NCBI RefSeq assembly: GCF_036507355.1 | Contig: NZ_AP027877.1 | Source: Escherichia coli | Lineage (GTDB): Bacteria; Pseudomonadota; Gammaproteobacteria; Enterobacterales; Enterobacteriaceae | Length of the DNA stretch: 64,000 nucleotides | Reading direction: 5' to 3' (one strand) | In this document: positions 14,729 through 24,657 of the stretch, piece after piece | Numbering within the stretch: position 1 is the first letter of the stretch | Layout of the letters: each line of letters starts with the position of its first letter | The notes under the pieces: generated by a model | Database searches by the model: none | What the model was told of the DNA's origin: nothing | Seen by the model: the letters and a program-made list of their open reading frames with translations, nothing else | Made by a program: the position numbers and the translations under genes

Positions 14729-17107
14729 ATGTCCAACAATGGCTCGTCACCGCTGGTGCTTTGGTATAACCAACTCGGCATGAATGATGTAGACAGGGTT
14801 GGGGGCAAAAATGCCTCCCTGGGTGAAATGATTACTAACCTTTCCGGAATGGGTGTTTCCGTTCCGAATGGTTTCGCCACAACCGCCGACGCGTTTAACC
14901 AGTTTCTGGACCAAAGCGGCGTAAACCAGCGCATTTATGAACTGCTGGATAAAACGGATATTGACGATGTTACTCAGCTTGCGAAAGCGGGCGCGCAAAT
15001 CCGCCAGTGGATTATCGACACTCCCTTCCAGCCTGAGCTGGAAAACGCCATCCGCGAAGCCTATGCACAGCTTTCCGCCGATGACGAAAATGCCTCTTTT
15101 GCGGTGCGCTCCTCCGCCACCGCAGAAGATATGCCGGACGCTTCTTTTGCCGGTCAGCAGGAAACCTTCCTCAACGTTCAGGGTTTTGACGCCGTTCTCG
15201 TGGCAGTGAAACATGTATTTGCTTCTCTGTTTAACGATCGCGCCATCTCTTATCGTGTGCACCAGGGTTACGATCACCGTGGTGTGGCGCTCTCCGCCGG
15301 TGTTCAACGGATGGTGCGCTCTGACCTCGCATCATCTGGCGTGATGTTCTCCATTGATACCGAATCCGGCTTTGACCAGGTGGTGTTTATCACATCCGCA
15401 TGGGGCCTTGGTGAGATGGTCGTGCAGGGTGCGGTTAACCCGGATGAGTTTTACGTGCATAAACCGACACTGGCGGCGAATCGCCCGGCTATCGTGCGCC
15501 GTACCATGGGGTCGAAAAAAATCCGCATGGTTTACGCGCCGACCCAGGAGCACGGCAAGCAGGTTAAAATCGAAGACGTACCGCAGGAACAGCGTGACAT
15601 CTTCTCGCTGACCAACGAAGAAGTGCAGGAACTGGCAAAACAGGCCGTACAAATTGAGAAACACTACGGTCGCCCGATGGATATTGAGTGGGCGAAAGAT
15701 GGCCACACCGGTAAACTGTTCATTGTGCAGGCGCGTCCGGAAACCGTGCGCTCACGCGGTCAGGTCATGGAGCGTTATACGCTGCATTCACAGGGTAAGA
15801 TTATCGCCGAAGGCCGTGCTATCGGTCATCGCATCGGTGCGGGTCCGGTGAAAGTCATCCATGATATCAGCGAAATGAACCGCATCGAACCTGGTGACGT
15901 GCTGGTCACTGACATGACCGACCCGGACTGGGAACCGATCATGAAGAAAGCATCTGCCATCGTCACCAACCGTGGCGGTCGTACCTGTCACGCGGCGATC
16001 ATCGCTCGTGAACTGGGCATTCCGGCGGTAGTGGGCTGTGGTGATGCAACAGAACGGATGAAAGACGGTGAGAACGTCACTGTTTCTTGTGCCGAAGGTG
16101 ATACCGGTTACGTCTATGCGGAGTTGCTGGAATTTAGCGTGAAAAGCTCCAGTGTAGAAACGATGCCGGATCTGCCGTTGAAAGTGATGATGAACGTCGG
16201 TAACCCGGACCGAGCTTTCGACTTCGCCTGTCTGCCGAACGAAGGTGTGGGACTTGCGCGTCTGGAATTTATCATCAACCGTATGATTGGCGTCCACCCA
16301 CGCGCACTGCTTGAGTTTGACGATCAGGAACCGCAGTTGCAAAACGAAATCCGCGAGATGATGAAAGGTTTTGATTTTCCGCGTGAATTTTACGTTGGTC
16401 GTCTGACTGAAGGGATCGCGACGCTGGGTGCCGCGTTTTATCCGAAGCGCGTCATTGTCCGTCTCTCTGATTTTAAATCGAACGAATATGCCAATCTGGT
16501 CGGTGGTGAGCGTTACGAGCCAGATGAAGAGAACCCGATGCTCGGCTTCCGTGGCGCGGGACGCTATGTTTCCGACAGCTTCCGCGACTGTTTCGCGCTG
16601 GAGTGTGAAGCAGTGAAACGTGTGCGCAACGACATGGGGCTGACCAACGTTGAGATCATGATCCCGTTCGTGCGTACCGTAGATCAGGCGAAAGCGGTGG
16701 TTGAAGAACTGGCGCGTCAGGGGCTGAAACGTGGTGAGAACGGGCTGAAAATCATCATGATGTGTGAAATCCCGTCCAACGCCTTGCTGGCCGAGCAGTT
16801 CCTCGAATATTTCGACGGCTTCTCAATTGGCTCAAACGACATGACGCAGCTGGCGCTCGGTCTGGATCGTGACTCCGGCGTGGTGTCTGAACTGTTCGAT
16901 GAGCGCAACGATGCGGTGAAAGCACTGCTGTCGATGGCGATTCGTGCCGCGAAGAAACAGGGCAAATATGTCGGGATTTGCGGTCAGGGTCCGTCCGACC
17001 ACGAAGACTTTGCCGCATGGTTGATGGAAGAGGGGATCGATAGCCTGTCTCTGAATCCGGACACCGTGGTGCAAACCTGGTTAAGCCTGGCTGAACTGAA
17101 GAAATAA
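14729..17107 (+). CDS. ppsA: Phosphoenolpyruvate synthase
   Basis: 792-aa [34 protein letters not shown]... Confidence 0.95.
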   Translation: MSNNGSSPLVLWYNQLGMNDVDRVGGKNASLGEMITNLSGMGVSVPNGFATTADAFNQFLDQSGVNQRIYELLDKTDIDDVTQLAKAGAQIRQWIIDTPFQPELENAIREAYAQLSADDENASFAVRSSATAEDMPDASFAGQQETFLNVQGFDAVLVAVKHVFASLFNDRAISYRVHQGYDHRGVALSAGVQRMVRSDLASSGVMFSIDTESGFDQVVFITSAWGLGEMVVQGAVNPDEFYVHKPTLAANRPAIVRRTMGSKKIRMVYAPTQEHGKQVKIEDVPQEQRDIFSLTNEEVQELAKQAVQIEKHYGRPMDIEWAKDGHTGKLFIVQARPETVRSRGQVMERYTLHSQGKIIAEGRAIGHRIGAGPVKVIHDISEMNRIEPGDVLVTDMTDPDWEPIMKKASAIVTNRGGRTCHAAIIARELGIPAVVGCGDATERMKDGENVTVSCAEGDTGYVYAELLEFSVKSSSVETMPDLPLKVMMNVGNPDRAFDFACLPNEGVGLARLEFIINRMIGVHPRALLEFDDQEPQLQNEIREMMKGFDFPREFYVGRLTEGIATLGAAFYPKRVIVRLSDFKSNEYANLVGGERYEPDEENPMLGFRGAGRYVSDSFRDCFALECEAVKRVRNDMGLTNVEIMIPFVRTVDQAKAVVEELARQGLKRGENGLKIIMMCEIPSNALLAEQFLEYFDGFSIGSNDMTQLALGLDRDSGVVSELFDERNDAVKALLSMAIRAAKKQGKYVGICGQGPSDHEDFAAWLMEEGIDSLSLNPDTVVQTWLSLAELKK

Positions 17108-17115
17108 AATAAATA

Positions 17116-17138
17116 CCCGGCGGCGTTTTGTCGCCGGG
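17116..17138. terminator. Hairpin between convergent ppsA and fadK
   Basis: cccggcg-gcgttttgt-cgccggg. Confidence 0.5.
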
Positions 17139-17163
17139 TTTATGTGATCCCCGAAGATGAAAC

Positions 17164-18810
17164 TTATTCAATCTCTTCACAGGCATCCTGAGTTAACCGC
17201 CGCATAATATCTTTTCTTAACAAAAACTTTTGTATTTTACCTGAGGCAGTGCGCGGTAGTTTTTCGATTACCACGATATGTTCAGGATATTTATATTTTG
17301 CGACCCGTTTACGGCTAAAAAAAGCCACCACCTCTTCCAGCGATAATGAATGATGCGGCGCTTTCAGCACGACATAAGCGCATGATCGTTCACCTAAACG
17401 TTCATCGGGCATTGCAACCACACAGGCATCGTGAATTTTAGGATGCTGCAATAAAATATCTTCCACTTCACGGCTGCTAATATTTTCGCCGCCGCGGACA
17501 ATAATATCTTTTTTGCGTCCGGTAATTTTTATATAGCCAGCCTCATCCATGCGGCAGAGATCGCCGCTGTAATACCAGCCTTCTTCATCCAGGGCACGGG
17601 CGGTTAATTCAGGTTCATCAAAATACCCCATAAACACATTGGGGCCACGCGAGGCTTCTTCACCTTCGCAACCTGGCGGTAAGGTCTTGCGTGCGTCATC
17701 GACCACTTTAATCTCTACACCTGCGGCAGCGTAACCATCGGTGTGCATAAAGCGCGACAAAGGATCATCGAGATTCACCACCGCATGCGGCGAACTTTCT
17801 GTGGAACCATAAACACTTAATAATTTAATGCCGCGCTGCTGGCATTCACGTGCCACTTTTTTGGGGATTGTGGTACCGCCGCAAAGAAAGAAACGCAGCG
17901 CTGAAAGGTCTGCGGGCTGTTTCTCTAGTAAATTCAAAAGATCATAGACAAACGGCGTTGCGCCGAGCATACAGGTGCAACGCTGCTGCTCAAGCAGCGC
18001 GAGACACGCATCAGGAGTGAAAATATCTAACAACACGCTGCGAGCGCCAATTAAGAATGGTGCCGTTACGCCATGCAGAAAGCCCGTTGCGTGACCAAGT
18101 GGCGCAGGCATCATAAAGACATCCTGCCAGGTCAGATTCAGCCGCGCGCAATAAGCTCGCTCACTGGCGAGAATATTGTTATGCGTTAGCATCACGCCCT
18201 TTGGCAGGCCCTCGGTTCCGGAGGTAAACAGCACCGCGGCTAATTCATCGCCGTGGGTCGTTATCGCCGTGGTCAGTGGGGTATTGTCGGCGATAATCTG
18301 ACTTAATGAGAGGGAAGAGGTGGCGGGAGCCAGTTTGTCCACGCCGACAATTTGTTGTAGTTGTGGAAGCTGATTTTGCAGCGGCAGGATTAAATCTACC
18401 GGACGCGTTTGTTTAAACAACGTCGGTGCAAAGAACATTTTTGCCTGACACTTATTGAGCACCCACACCAGTTCTGCTTCTCGCCAGGAAGGCAACAACG
18501 GCACGGAAACCGCACCGGTTTTCAGGCAGGCAAGATAGATAACAGTAAATTCACACCAGCCAGGCAGCTGAAAAGCGATGCGATCGCCCGATTCAATACC
18601 GTTAGCCAGTAACCAGCTTGCCAGACAGTTCGCGGCGTGATCGAGTGCGCTATAGGTGTACGATGCACCATGATTATCGACCACGGCAATTTTGTCAGGC
18701 ATCGCACGAGCGGTCTGCTGCCAGTAATCAGCCAGCGAAGCATCGCCCCATAACCCTTGCTGACGATACGCCGCACGACGTTGTTCGTTAAACGTTAATG
18801 TCACTTTCAT
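17164..18810 (-). CDS. fadK: Short-chain acyl-CoA synthetase (anaerobic)
   Basis: 548-aa AMP-binding-family protein; start as given by the track, not independently verified. Confidence 0.85.
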   Translation of the reverse strand: MKVTLTFNEQRRAAYRQQGLWGDASLADYWQQTARAMPDKIAVVDNHGASYTYSALDHAANCLASWLLANGIESGDRIAFQLPGWCEFTVIYLACLKTGAVSVPLLPSWREAELVWVLNKCQAKMFFAPTLFKQTRPVDLILPLQNQLPQLQQIVGVDKLAPATSSLSLSQIIADNTPLTTAITTHGDELAAVLFTSGTEGLPKGVMLTHNNILASERAYCARLNLTWQDVFMMPAPLGHATGFLHGVTAPFLIGARSVLLDIFTPDACLALLEQQRCTCMLGATPFVYDLLNLLEKQPADLSALRFFLCGGTTIPKKVARECQQRGIKLLSVYGSTESSPHAVVNLDDPLSRFMHTDGYAAAGVEIKVVDDARKTLPPGCEGEEASRGPNVFMGYFDEPELTARALDEEGWYYSGDLCRMDEAGYIKITGRKKDIIVRGGENISSREVEDILLQHPKIHDACVVAMPDERLGERSCAYVVLKAPHHSLSLEEVVAFFSRKRVAKYKYPEHIVVIEKLPRTASGKIQKFLLRKDIMRRLTQDACEEIE

Positions 18811-18866
18811 TTTGGACTCTCGAAACAGAACGTCAGGCCCGATGTGCGGGCCTGTGGGATGCGTGA

Positions 18867-19160
18867 TTAGCCGTAACGGAAATCAATACCGAAGGTGCCT
18901 GCGGGGTATTGCCATTGTTCGAGAATAGTGTTGCCACACAGCACCCGACAGGTGCCGCACTCCAGACAACCGGCAGAATCAAAATGAATGTTTCCTGCAT
19001 CATCCTGCTTATACAGTCCGGCAGGGCAGGCTTTCATTAATTTTTGAAATTCTTTGATGTCGGGATTTGCCGCCAGAATGATATGCGGATGGCCCTCATC
19101 AACATGGAATTTATTGACGCCTAATTTGACGTCAACGTTGACCGTAGCGTTCTGGCTCAT
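18867..19160 (-). CDS. ydiT: Ferredoxin-like protein (FixX-like)
   Basis: 97 aa with CxxC/CGxC pattern; start overlaps the ydiS stop. Confidence 0.85.
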   Translation of the reverse strand: MSQNATVNVDVKLGVNKFHVDEGHPHIILAANPDIKEFQKLMKACPAGLYKQDDAGNIHFDSAGCLECGTCRVLCGNTILEQWQYPAGTFGIDFRYG

Positions 19161-20446
19161 AGCGCGGTTGCTCCCTTAATGCCATCTTTCAGCAGATTGA
19201 TCAGCCCGATTTTCTTCGCATGTCCAAGAATCATTTTTCGTACCGGCTGGTTTGGTTTGCCGTCAATGGTGAACATATCGTTCATGATGTCGGCGACCAT
19301 GCGCGGATACTGACTAAACAGGCGCGGGTTTTCCATCAGCGCCGGGATCTTGCGAAAATGCTGCATATCACGCATGACGCAGCTTTGTTCCAGCTCACGT
19401 TTGTATTGCGCCAGACTGCTGGCGGAGAAATCCGCGCGTTCTTTGGCGGCGATCACCGTTGTGGCGGCAGCCTGAGCCGATGCAATGGCTAAATCCATGC
19501 CGCGGACCGTAAAACCCAAATTCAGGCAGAAGCCTGCGGCGTCACCAACGATCATCACGCCCTCGTTAACCAGTTGTGGCACCATTGCCAGACCGCCTTC
19601 CGGCACCATATGCGCGGAATATTCAAGCAGTTTGCCGCCGCTAATCAGCGGGCGAATGGCGGGGTGTTGTTTAAAATCTTCCAGCATTTGCGGCACGCTT
19701 TTTTGCGCATGGGCGATATCACCCAATCCACAAACCAGCCCCAACGATATGGAATCCTTATTGGTATAGAGGAATCCGCCACCCATCAGACCGTCAGAAG
19801 GGGAACCGGCAAACAGCCAGGCGGCACCTTCCTCGCCCGTAATATTAAAGCGATCGTTGATCTGTTCTGGTGTAAGGCCAATAACCTCTTTAACACCAAC
19901 AGCGTAATGATGCGGATCGGAAGCGGGAACCATTCCCAGCGAGCGGCCAAGCATCGAGTTAACGCCATCAGCCAGAATCACCACATTCGCTTCGAGAATA
20001 TCATCCCCAGCCTGCACGCCAGTGACCTTGTTTCCTTCACGAACCAGCGCATCGACGCGAACGCCTGGGATAAACTGCGCGCCCGCCTGCTCGGCTTGTT
20101 CCATCAACCACGGGTCCAGACGATTACGCAATACGGTATAAGATGCGTGTTGCGGAACATCTGGTTGCTCGCGGTGAAAATCGAGGGTAACGGCGCTTTC
20201 TTCGGTTAAGAAGGAGATTTTCTCGCGTGTGACCTTGCGTTCTACCGGCGCTGATACTGCAAAGCCTGGAATGATTGCTTCAAGTGTGTGGGCATAAAGA
20301 CGCCCGCCGGTCATGTTTTTACATCCGGCACTGTCGCCGCGTTCTATCACCAGGACATCCAGCCCGGCACGCGCCATGACCAGTGCGGCAACGCTACCAG
20401 CAACGCCCGCACCGACCACAATGGCATCAAATTTGTCATCCGACAT
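19157..20446 (-). CDS. ydiS: FAD-dependent ETF-quinone oxidoreductase-like (FixC-like)
   Basis: 429 aa with N-terminal FAD fold FDAIVVGAGVAGSVAALVMA. Confidence 0.88.
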   Translation of the reverse strand: MSDDKFDAIVVGAGVAGSVAALVMARAGLDVLVIERGDSAGCKNMTGGRLYAHTLEAIIPGFAVSAPVERKVTREKISFLTEESAVTLDFHREQPDVPQHASYTVLRNRLDPWLMEQAEQAGAQFIPGVRVDALVREGNKVTGVQAGDDILEANVVILADGVNSMLGRSLGMVPASDPHHYAVGVKEVIGLTPEQINDRFNITGEEGAAWLFAGSPSDGLMGGGFLYTNKDSISLGLVCGLGDIAHAQKSVPQMLEDFKQHPAIRPLISGGKLLEYSAHMVPEGGLAMVPQLVNEGVMIVGDAAGFCLNLGFTVRGMDLAIASAQAAATTVIAAKERADFSASSLAQYKRELEQSCVMRDMQHFRKIPALMENPRLFSQYPRMVADIMNDMFTIDGKPNQPVRKMILGHAKKIGLINLLKDGIKGATAL

Positions 20447-20501
20447 GCGTTATGCTCCCTTCCCGCTGCGTTTACAGCGGGAGATGTGGTTGAAAGGGGA
20501 A

Positions 20502-21440
20502 TTAGCGGCTCAACTGGCTAATCAGGGCAGGGACGACTTTGTAGATATCGCCCACCAGACCGTAGTCGGCATAGTTGAAGATTGGCGCATTTTTATCTTT
20601 ATTGATGGCGACAATCACTTTTGCGCCGTTGCCGCCAACCATATGTTGGATCTGCCCGGAGATCCCCAGCGTCAGGTAGAGATCGGATTTCAGCAACACG
20701 CCGGAGACACCGATATAACGTTCACGCTCCATCCAGTTCTCGCCTTCGGCAATTGGACGTGAACAGCCGACTTCAGCATTCAGCACCGCCGCCAGTTCGT
20801 GGACCATTTTCAGGTCATCCTGCGCCGCCAGACCACGACCGACGCCAACCACACGTTTTGCTTTGCTCAGGTCCACGCTGCTTGCGGCTTTCGCACGGCG
20901 TTCGCGACAGAGAATTTCATGACGCGGAGCAACGTAAGGTACCGTTTCTGTCGGGCACTGATGAGAGGTATCACTGGTGCACGGTTCCTGAACACCGGGT
21001 GCAAGGGTAATGATCGCCAGCGAGCTGTTGATCTTTTCCTGAGCGAACGCTAACCCGCCATACATCCGGTGTTCGACGCAAATGTGACCATCGACAATAT
21101 CCACCGCCGTGGCATCGTTCACCAGCGCCGCATTCAGTTGCACACTTAACCGTGCTGCCAGAGCTTTACCACGTTTCGTCGCGGCCAGTAGCAACATAGC
21201 GGGGTGTTTATCTTTCAGCAGAGCAGCAATGCTTTCGGCGTAATTTTCAGTGCGTTGCAGCGCGTCGTTTTGCGCAAGAACATAAATACATTTTGGCCCA
21301 TAAGGCATAACTGCCTGCGCCTGGTCGGTATTTTGTACAATGGCATACACCTGTTGGCCCCATTGCTGAGCGCCGCCAAACAGTTCAGCATAACGTTCAG
21401 GATTATCGCTAAAGACCCAGACGCTGTTTAATTGACTCAT
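20502..21440 (-). CDS. ydiR: Electron transfer flavoprotein alpha subunit (FixB-like)
   Basis: 312 aa, ETF-alpha-like. Confidence 0.88.
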   Translation of the reverse strand: MSQLNSVWVFSDNPERYAELFGGAQQWGQQVYAIVQNTDQAQAVMPYGPKCIYVLAQNDALQRTENYAESIAALLKDKHPAMLLLAATKRGKALAARLSVQLNAALVNDATAVDIVDGHICVEHRMYGGLAFAQEKINSSLAIITLAPGVQEPCTSDTSHQCPTETVPYVAPRHEILCRERRAKAASSVDLSKAKRVVGVGRGLAAQDDLKMVHELAAVLNAEVGCSRPIAEGENWMERERYIGVSGVLLKSDLYLTLGISGQIQHMVGGNGAKVIVAINKDKNAPIFNYADYGLVGDIYKVVPALISQLSR

Positions 21441-21459
21441 CGTTTCTTCTCCGTAGGCT

Positions 21460-22224
21460 TCAGTTCAGGGCTTTCTTCAGATGTTCCGCCAGCTCGGCAA
21501 TGGCCTCCGGCGAATCGTTATCGAGAATGATGTGCTTACGTTCTGTTTGCGGCGGTACGCGAATGCCGGTCAGTTCAGCAAGTGGTGCGCTCTGGCTCCA
21601 GCCAATATCACTTGCCTGCCACTGATTTACCGGTTTTTTACCCGCGCCGAGAATGGCTTTCATCGAAGGAATGCGTGGCACGTTAATATCGGAGGTGACG
21701 CAGAGCACGGCTGGAACAGAGAGTTCAATAACTTCAACGTTATCTTCAAGCGTGCGTTCAATCACCAGTGTATTTCCCTGACGCTGAATAGCACTCACTG
21801 CATTAATCACCGGAAGTTGCAGAATTTCTCCGACCAGCAAGCCAACCTGCTGGGCATAAAGGTCGCCGGAACCTTCACCAAAGATCAGTAAATCGAAGCC
21901 GATCTTTTCAACTGCTGCCGCCAGCGCTTTTGCGGTATCGAGAGGCAGTGCATGTTCAAGTTGCGCATCCTGCACCAAATACAGGCTGTGCGGCCCGCGA
22001 GATAGCACGTCTTTGCGCACTTTCGAGTTCTGCAACAATGAGCCGCCAACGGTCAGCGCGGCTATCTCATCGTCATCTGTTGCAAGCTGGCTTGCAGCTT
22101 CAATGGCATTGAGATCGAACTGGCTGATTTTGGCGTCGGCATTGTCGAAATTCAGGGTGTATTCTGGAGTGACAACAATGTCCTGTTCTTCAGGCACCAG
22201 CTTAAAGCAGGTTATTATTTTCAT
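21460..22224 (-). CDS. ydiQ: Electron transfer flavoprotein beta subunit (FixA-like)
   Basis: 254 aa from MKIITCFKLVPEEQDIV...; track ORF extends 33 codons upstream. Confidence 0.85.
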   Translation of the reverse strand: MKIITCFKLVPEEQDIVVTPEYTLNFDNADAKISQFDLNAIEAASQLATDDDEIAALTVGGSLLQNSKVRKDVLSRGPHSLYLVQDAQLEHALPLDTAKALAAAVEKIGFDLLIFGEGSGDLYAQQVGLLVGEILQLPVINAVSAIQRQGNTLVIERTLEDNVEVIELSVPAVLCVTSDINVPRIPSMKAILGAGKKPVNQWQASDIGWSQSAPLAELTGIRVPPQTERKHIILDNDSPEAIAELAEHLKKALN

Positions 22225-22538
22225 GATTTCTCCTGTGAGTCGCATACGGAACCATCTCCGATGGAAGGTAAAAATGGCCTGAAAATAGTGTGCGATAGCG
22301 GTGCGGGGTTTTCGACGGAGCAAGCTGTTTTCCTTGCCAACAATCTTGCAAAAAAATGCGATCGCTAAAACAAAAGTGCAATTTGCGGCAATATAGTTAT
22401 TCCATGACCGTACAATCTTGCATTCAGGGTAAATAATCTTGTTTAGCTCTCGCTAAACGCGGTTGTATAACCGCAATACACGCCGTATTTTATCCGGCAT
22501 ATATTGTTTTTGCTTGCTCATGGAATAGGGAGGTTGTC

Positions 22539-23450
22539 ATGTATCAACGCTGTTTTGATAATGCCAGTGAAACGCTGTTTGTCGCCGGTAAAACGCCACG
22601 GCTTTCACGTTTTGCATTTAGCGATGATCCAAAATGGGAGTCTGGACATCACGTTCATGACAATGAAACCGAGCTGATTTACGTCAAGAAAGGGGTGGCA
22701 AGGTTTACCATCGATTCTTCGTTATATGTCGCGCATGCAGATGATATAGTGGTGATAGAACGCGGCAGGCTGCATGCGGTGGCCTCTGACGTTAACGATC
22801 CGGCAACGACGTGTACCTGTGCGCTGTACGGCTTTCAGTTTCAGGGGGCTGAGGAAAATCATCTACTGCAACCGCATTCTTGTCCGGTAATTGCCGCGGG
22901 GCAGGGAAAAGAAGTCATTAAAACCTTATTTAATGAGCTAAGTGTGATTTTGCCGCAAAGTAAAAATAGCCAAACATCTTCGTTATGGGATGCATTTACC
23001 TATACATTAGCAATTCTTTACTACGAAAACTTTAAAAATGCTTATCGTTCGGAGCAGGGGTATATTAAAAAAGATGTTCTGATAAAAGATATTCTTTTCT
23101 ATCTGAATAATAATTATCGCGAAAAAATCACTTTAGAACAGTTATCGAAAAAATTTCGTGCCAGCGTCAGTTATATTTGCCATGAATTTACCAAAGAGTA
23201 TCGTATTTCCCCAATTAACTATGTTATTCAACGGCGTATGACGGAAGCAAAATGGTTACTCACTAATACTGAATTATCACAGGCAGAGATCTCCTGGCGT
23301 GTGGGTTATGAAAATGTCGATCACTTTGGCAAACTGTTTTTGCGCCATGTCGGCTGTTCACCCAGCGATTACCGCAGGCAATTTAAAAACTGTTTTGCGG
23401 AACAAGAAATCCTATCTGAATTTCCTCAACCGGTAAGTCTTGTTGGATAA
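22539..23450 (+). CDS. ydiP: AraC/XylS-family transcriptional regulator
   Basis: 303 aa with C-terminal AraC-type HTH; divergent from ydiQ. Confidence 0.85.
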   Translation: MYQRCFDNASETLFVAGKTPRLSRFAFSDDPKWESGHHVHDNETELIYVKKGVARFTIDSSLYVAHADDIVVIERGRLHAVASDVNDPATTCTCALYGFQFQGAEENHLLQPHSCPVIAAGQGKEVIKTLFNELSVILPQSKNSQTSSLWDAFTYTLAILYYENFKNAYRSEQGYIKKDVLIKDILFYLNNNYREKITLEQLSKKFRASVSYICHEFTKEYRISPINYVIQRRMTEAKWLLTNTELSQAEISWRVGYENVDHFGKLFLRHVGCSPSDYRRQFKNCFAEQEILSEFPQPVSLVG

Positions 23451-23492
23451 ATCTGGCGGCGCAGTTTGTTAAGAAGCTGCGCCGCCTGCAGA

Positions 23493-24644
23493 TTATTTGT
23501 TCTGATAGTCTTTCAGGATCTGCCGACCTGCTACGTAAATCATAATTTCGTCTGTACCGCCGCCGATACGTTCACAACGGACATCACGCCAGAAGCGGGA
23601 GACGCGCGCCTCATCGGTATAGCCCAGACCGCCCATGATTTGAATCGCATCATCAATGACTTCCATTGCGGTACGTGCGCAATACAGTTTTGCCAGCGCC
23701 GCGCTGGTGCGCAGTGACTGATGCTGATCGGCTTGCCATGCCACTTTCAGCACCATGTTGCGCATGTTGTCGATCTTAATCGCCATCAGCGCCAGTTTTT
23801 CCTGGATCATCTGGTTATGCCCAATGGGTTTACCAAAAGCGATACGCTGGTTGGCATAGCGAGCGGCATCTTCAAAGGCACACTCGGCAAAGCCGGTGCT
23901 GCGCGCGGCGTTGATCAGGCGCTCCATCTCAAAGTTGTACATCACATTGAGGAAACCCATTCCTTCTTCGCCCACCATGTCGCTCTCTTCAACTTCCACG
24001 TTGTCGAGATAGACTTCGCAGGTGCTGAGCATATGCCAGCCGATTTTATGCAGCGGGTTAATCTTAATGCCGGGCTTACTGGAGTCGACCCACCACAGGG
24101 TGAAGACTTTTTTGGGATCTTTCGGTTCAGGATCGCGCGCCAGCACCAGCATATACGGGTACTCTTTCGCACCGGTAATAAAGGTTTTCTGTCCGTTGAT
24201 GTAAACCTTGCCGTTTTTACGCGTGTAAGTGGTGGTGGCACTGTTGTTATCTGAGCCAGCACCTGGTTCCGTCAACGCTAGGGCATAGGCGGGGTCGCCG
24301 GTTTCCAGGGTGCTTTCTGCCGTTTTACGTAGCTGCTCTGCAGAACCGAAACGGCGCATACTGTGAATACATTGACCGTTGGTGATCAAAAATGCCGGAG
24401 CACCGCATTTTGACACTTCCATCAGCGCCAGCATCTGGGTGACGTAATCCGCAGGGATACCACCAAATTCTTCCGGCACGCCAAGCATGGAAATACCGTT
24501 ATCCGCCAGTGCCCGCATAAATTCACGCGGGTATGTCCCGTTTTGATCGCAGGTGCGGAAATACTCTTCCGGAAAGTTAGTCGTAATCAGTTCGCGAATA
24601 CTGGCCAGCAGCAGTTCTTGTTCTTCAGTTAAAGAAAAATCCAT
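23493..24644 (-). CDS. ydiO: Acyl-CoA dehydrogenase-family protein
   Basis: 383 aa from MDFSLTEEQELLLASIRELITTNFPEEY...; good RBS (aggagt) upstream; track ORF extends 18 codons. Confidence 0.88.
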   Translation of the reverse strand: MDFSLTEEQELLLASIRELITTNFPEEYFRTCDQNGTYPREFMRALADNGISMLGVPEEFGGIPADYVTQMLALMEVSKCGAPAFLITNGQCIHSMRRFGSAEQLRKTAESTLETGDPAYALALTEPGAGSDNNSATTTYTRKNGKVYINGQKTFITGAKEYPYMLVLARDPEPKDPKKVFTLWWVDSSKPGIKINPLHKIGWHMLSTCEVYLDNVEVEESDMVGEEGMGFLNVMYNFEMERLINAARSTGFAECAFEDAARYANQRIAFGKPIGHNQMIQEKLALMAIKIDNMRNMVLKVAWQADQHQSLRTSAALAKLYCARTAMEVIDDAIQIMGGLGYTDEARVSRFWRDVRCERIGGGTDEIMIYVAGRQILKDYQNK

Positions 24645-24657
24645 CGTGATACTCCTG

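Noticed and set aside
19574-20209. 211-aa plus-strand ORF antisense to ydiS, with similar antisense ORFs in ppsA (15788-16342), pheS (3010-3726) and ydhV.
   Set aside because: Shadow ORFs inside well-supported genes; no RBS or recognisable domains.
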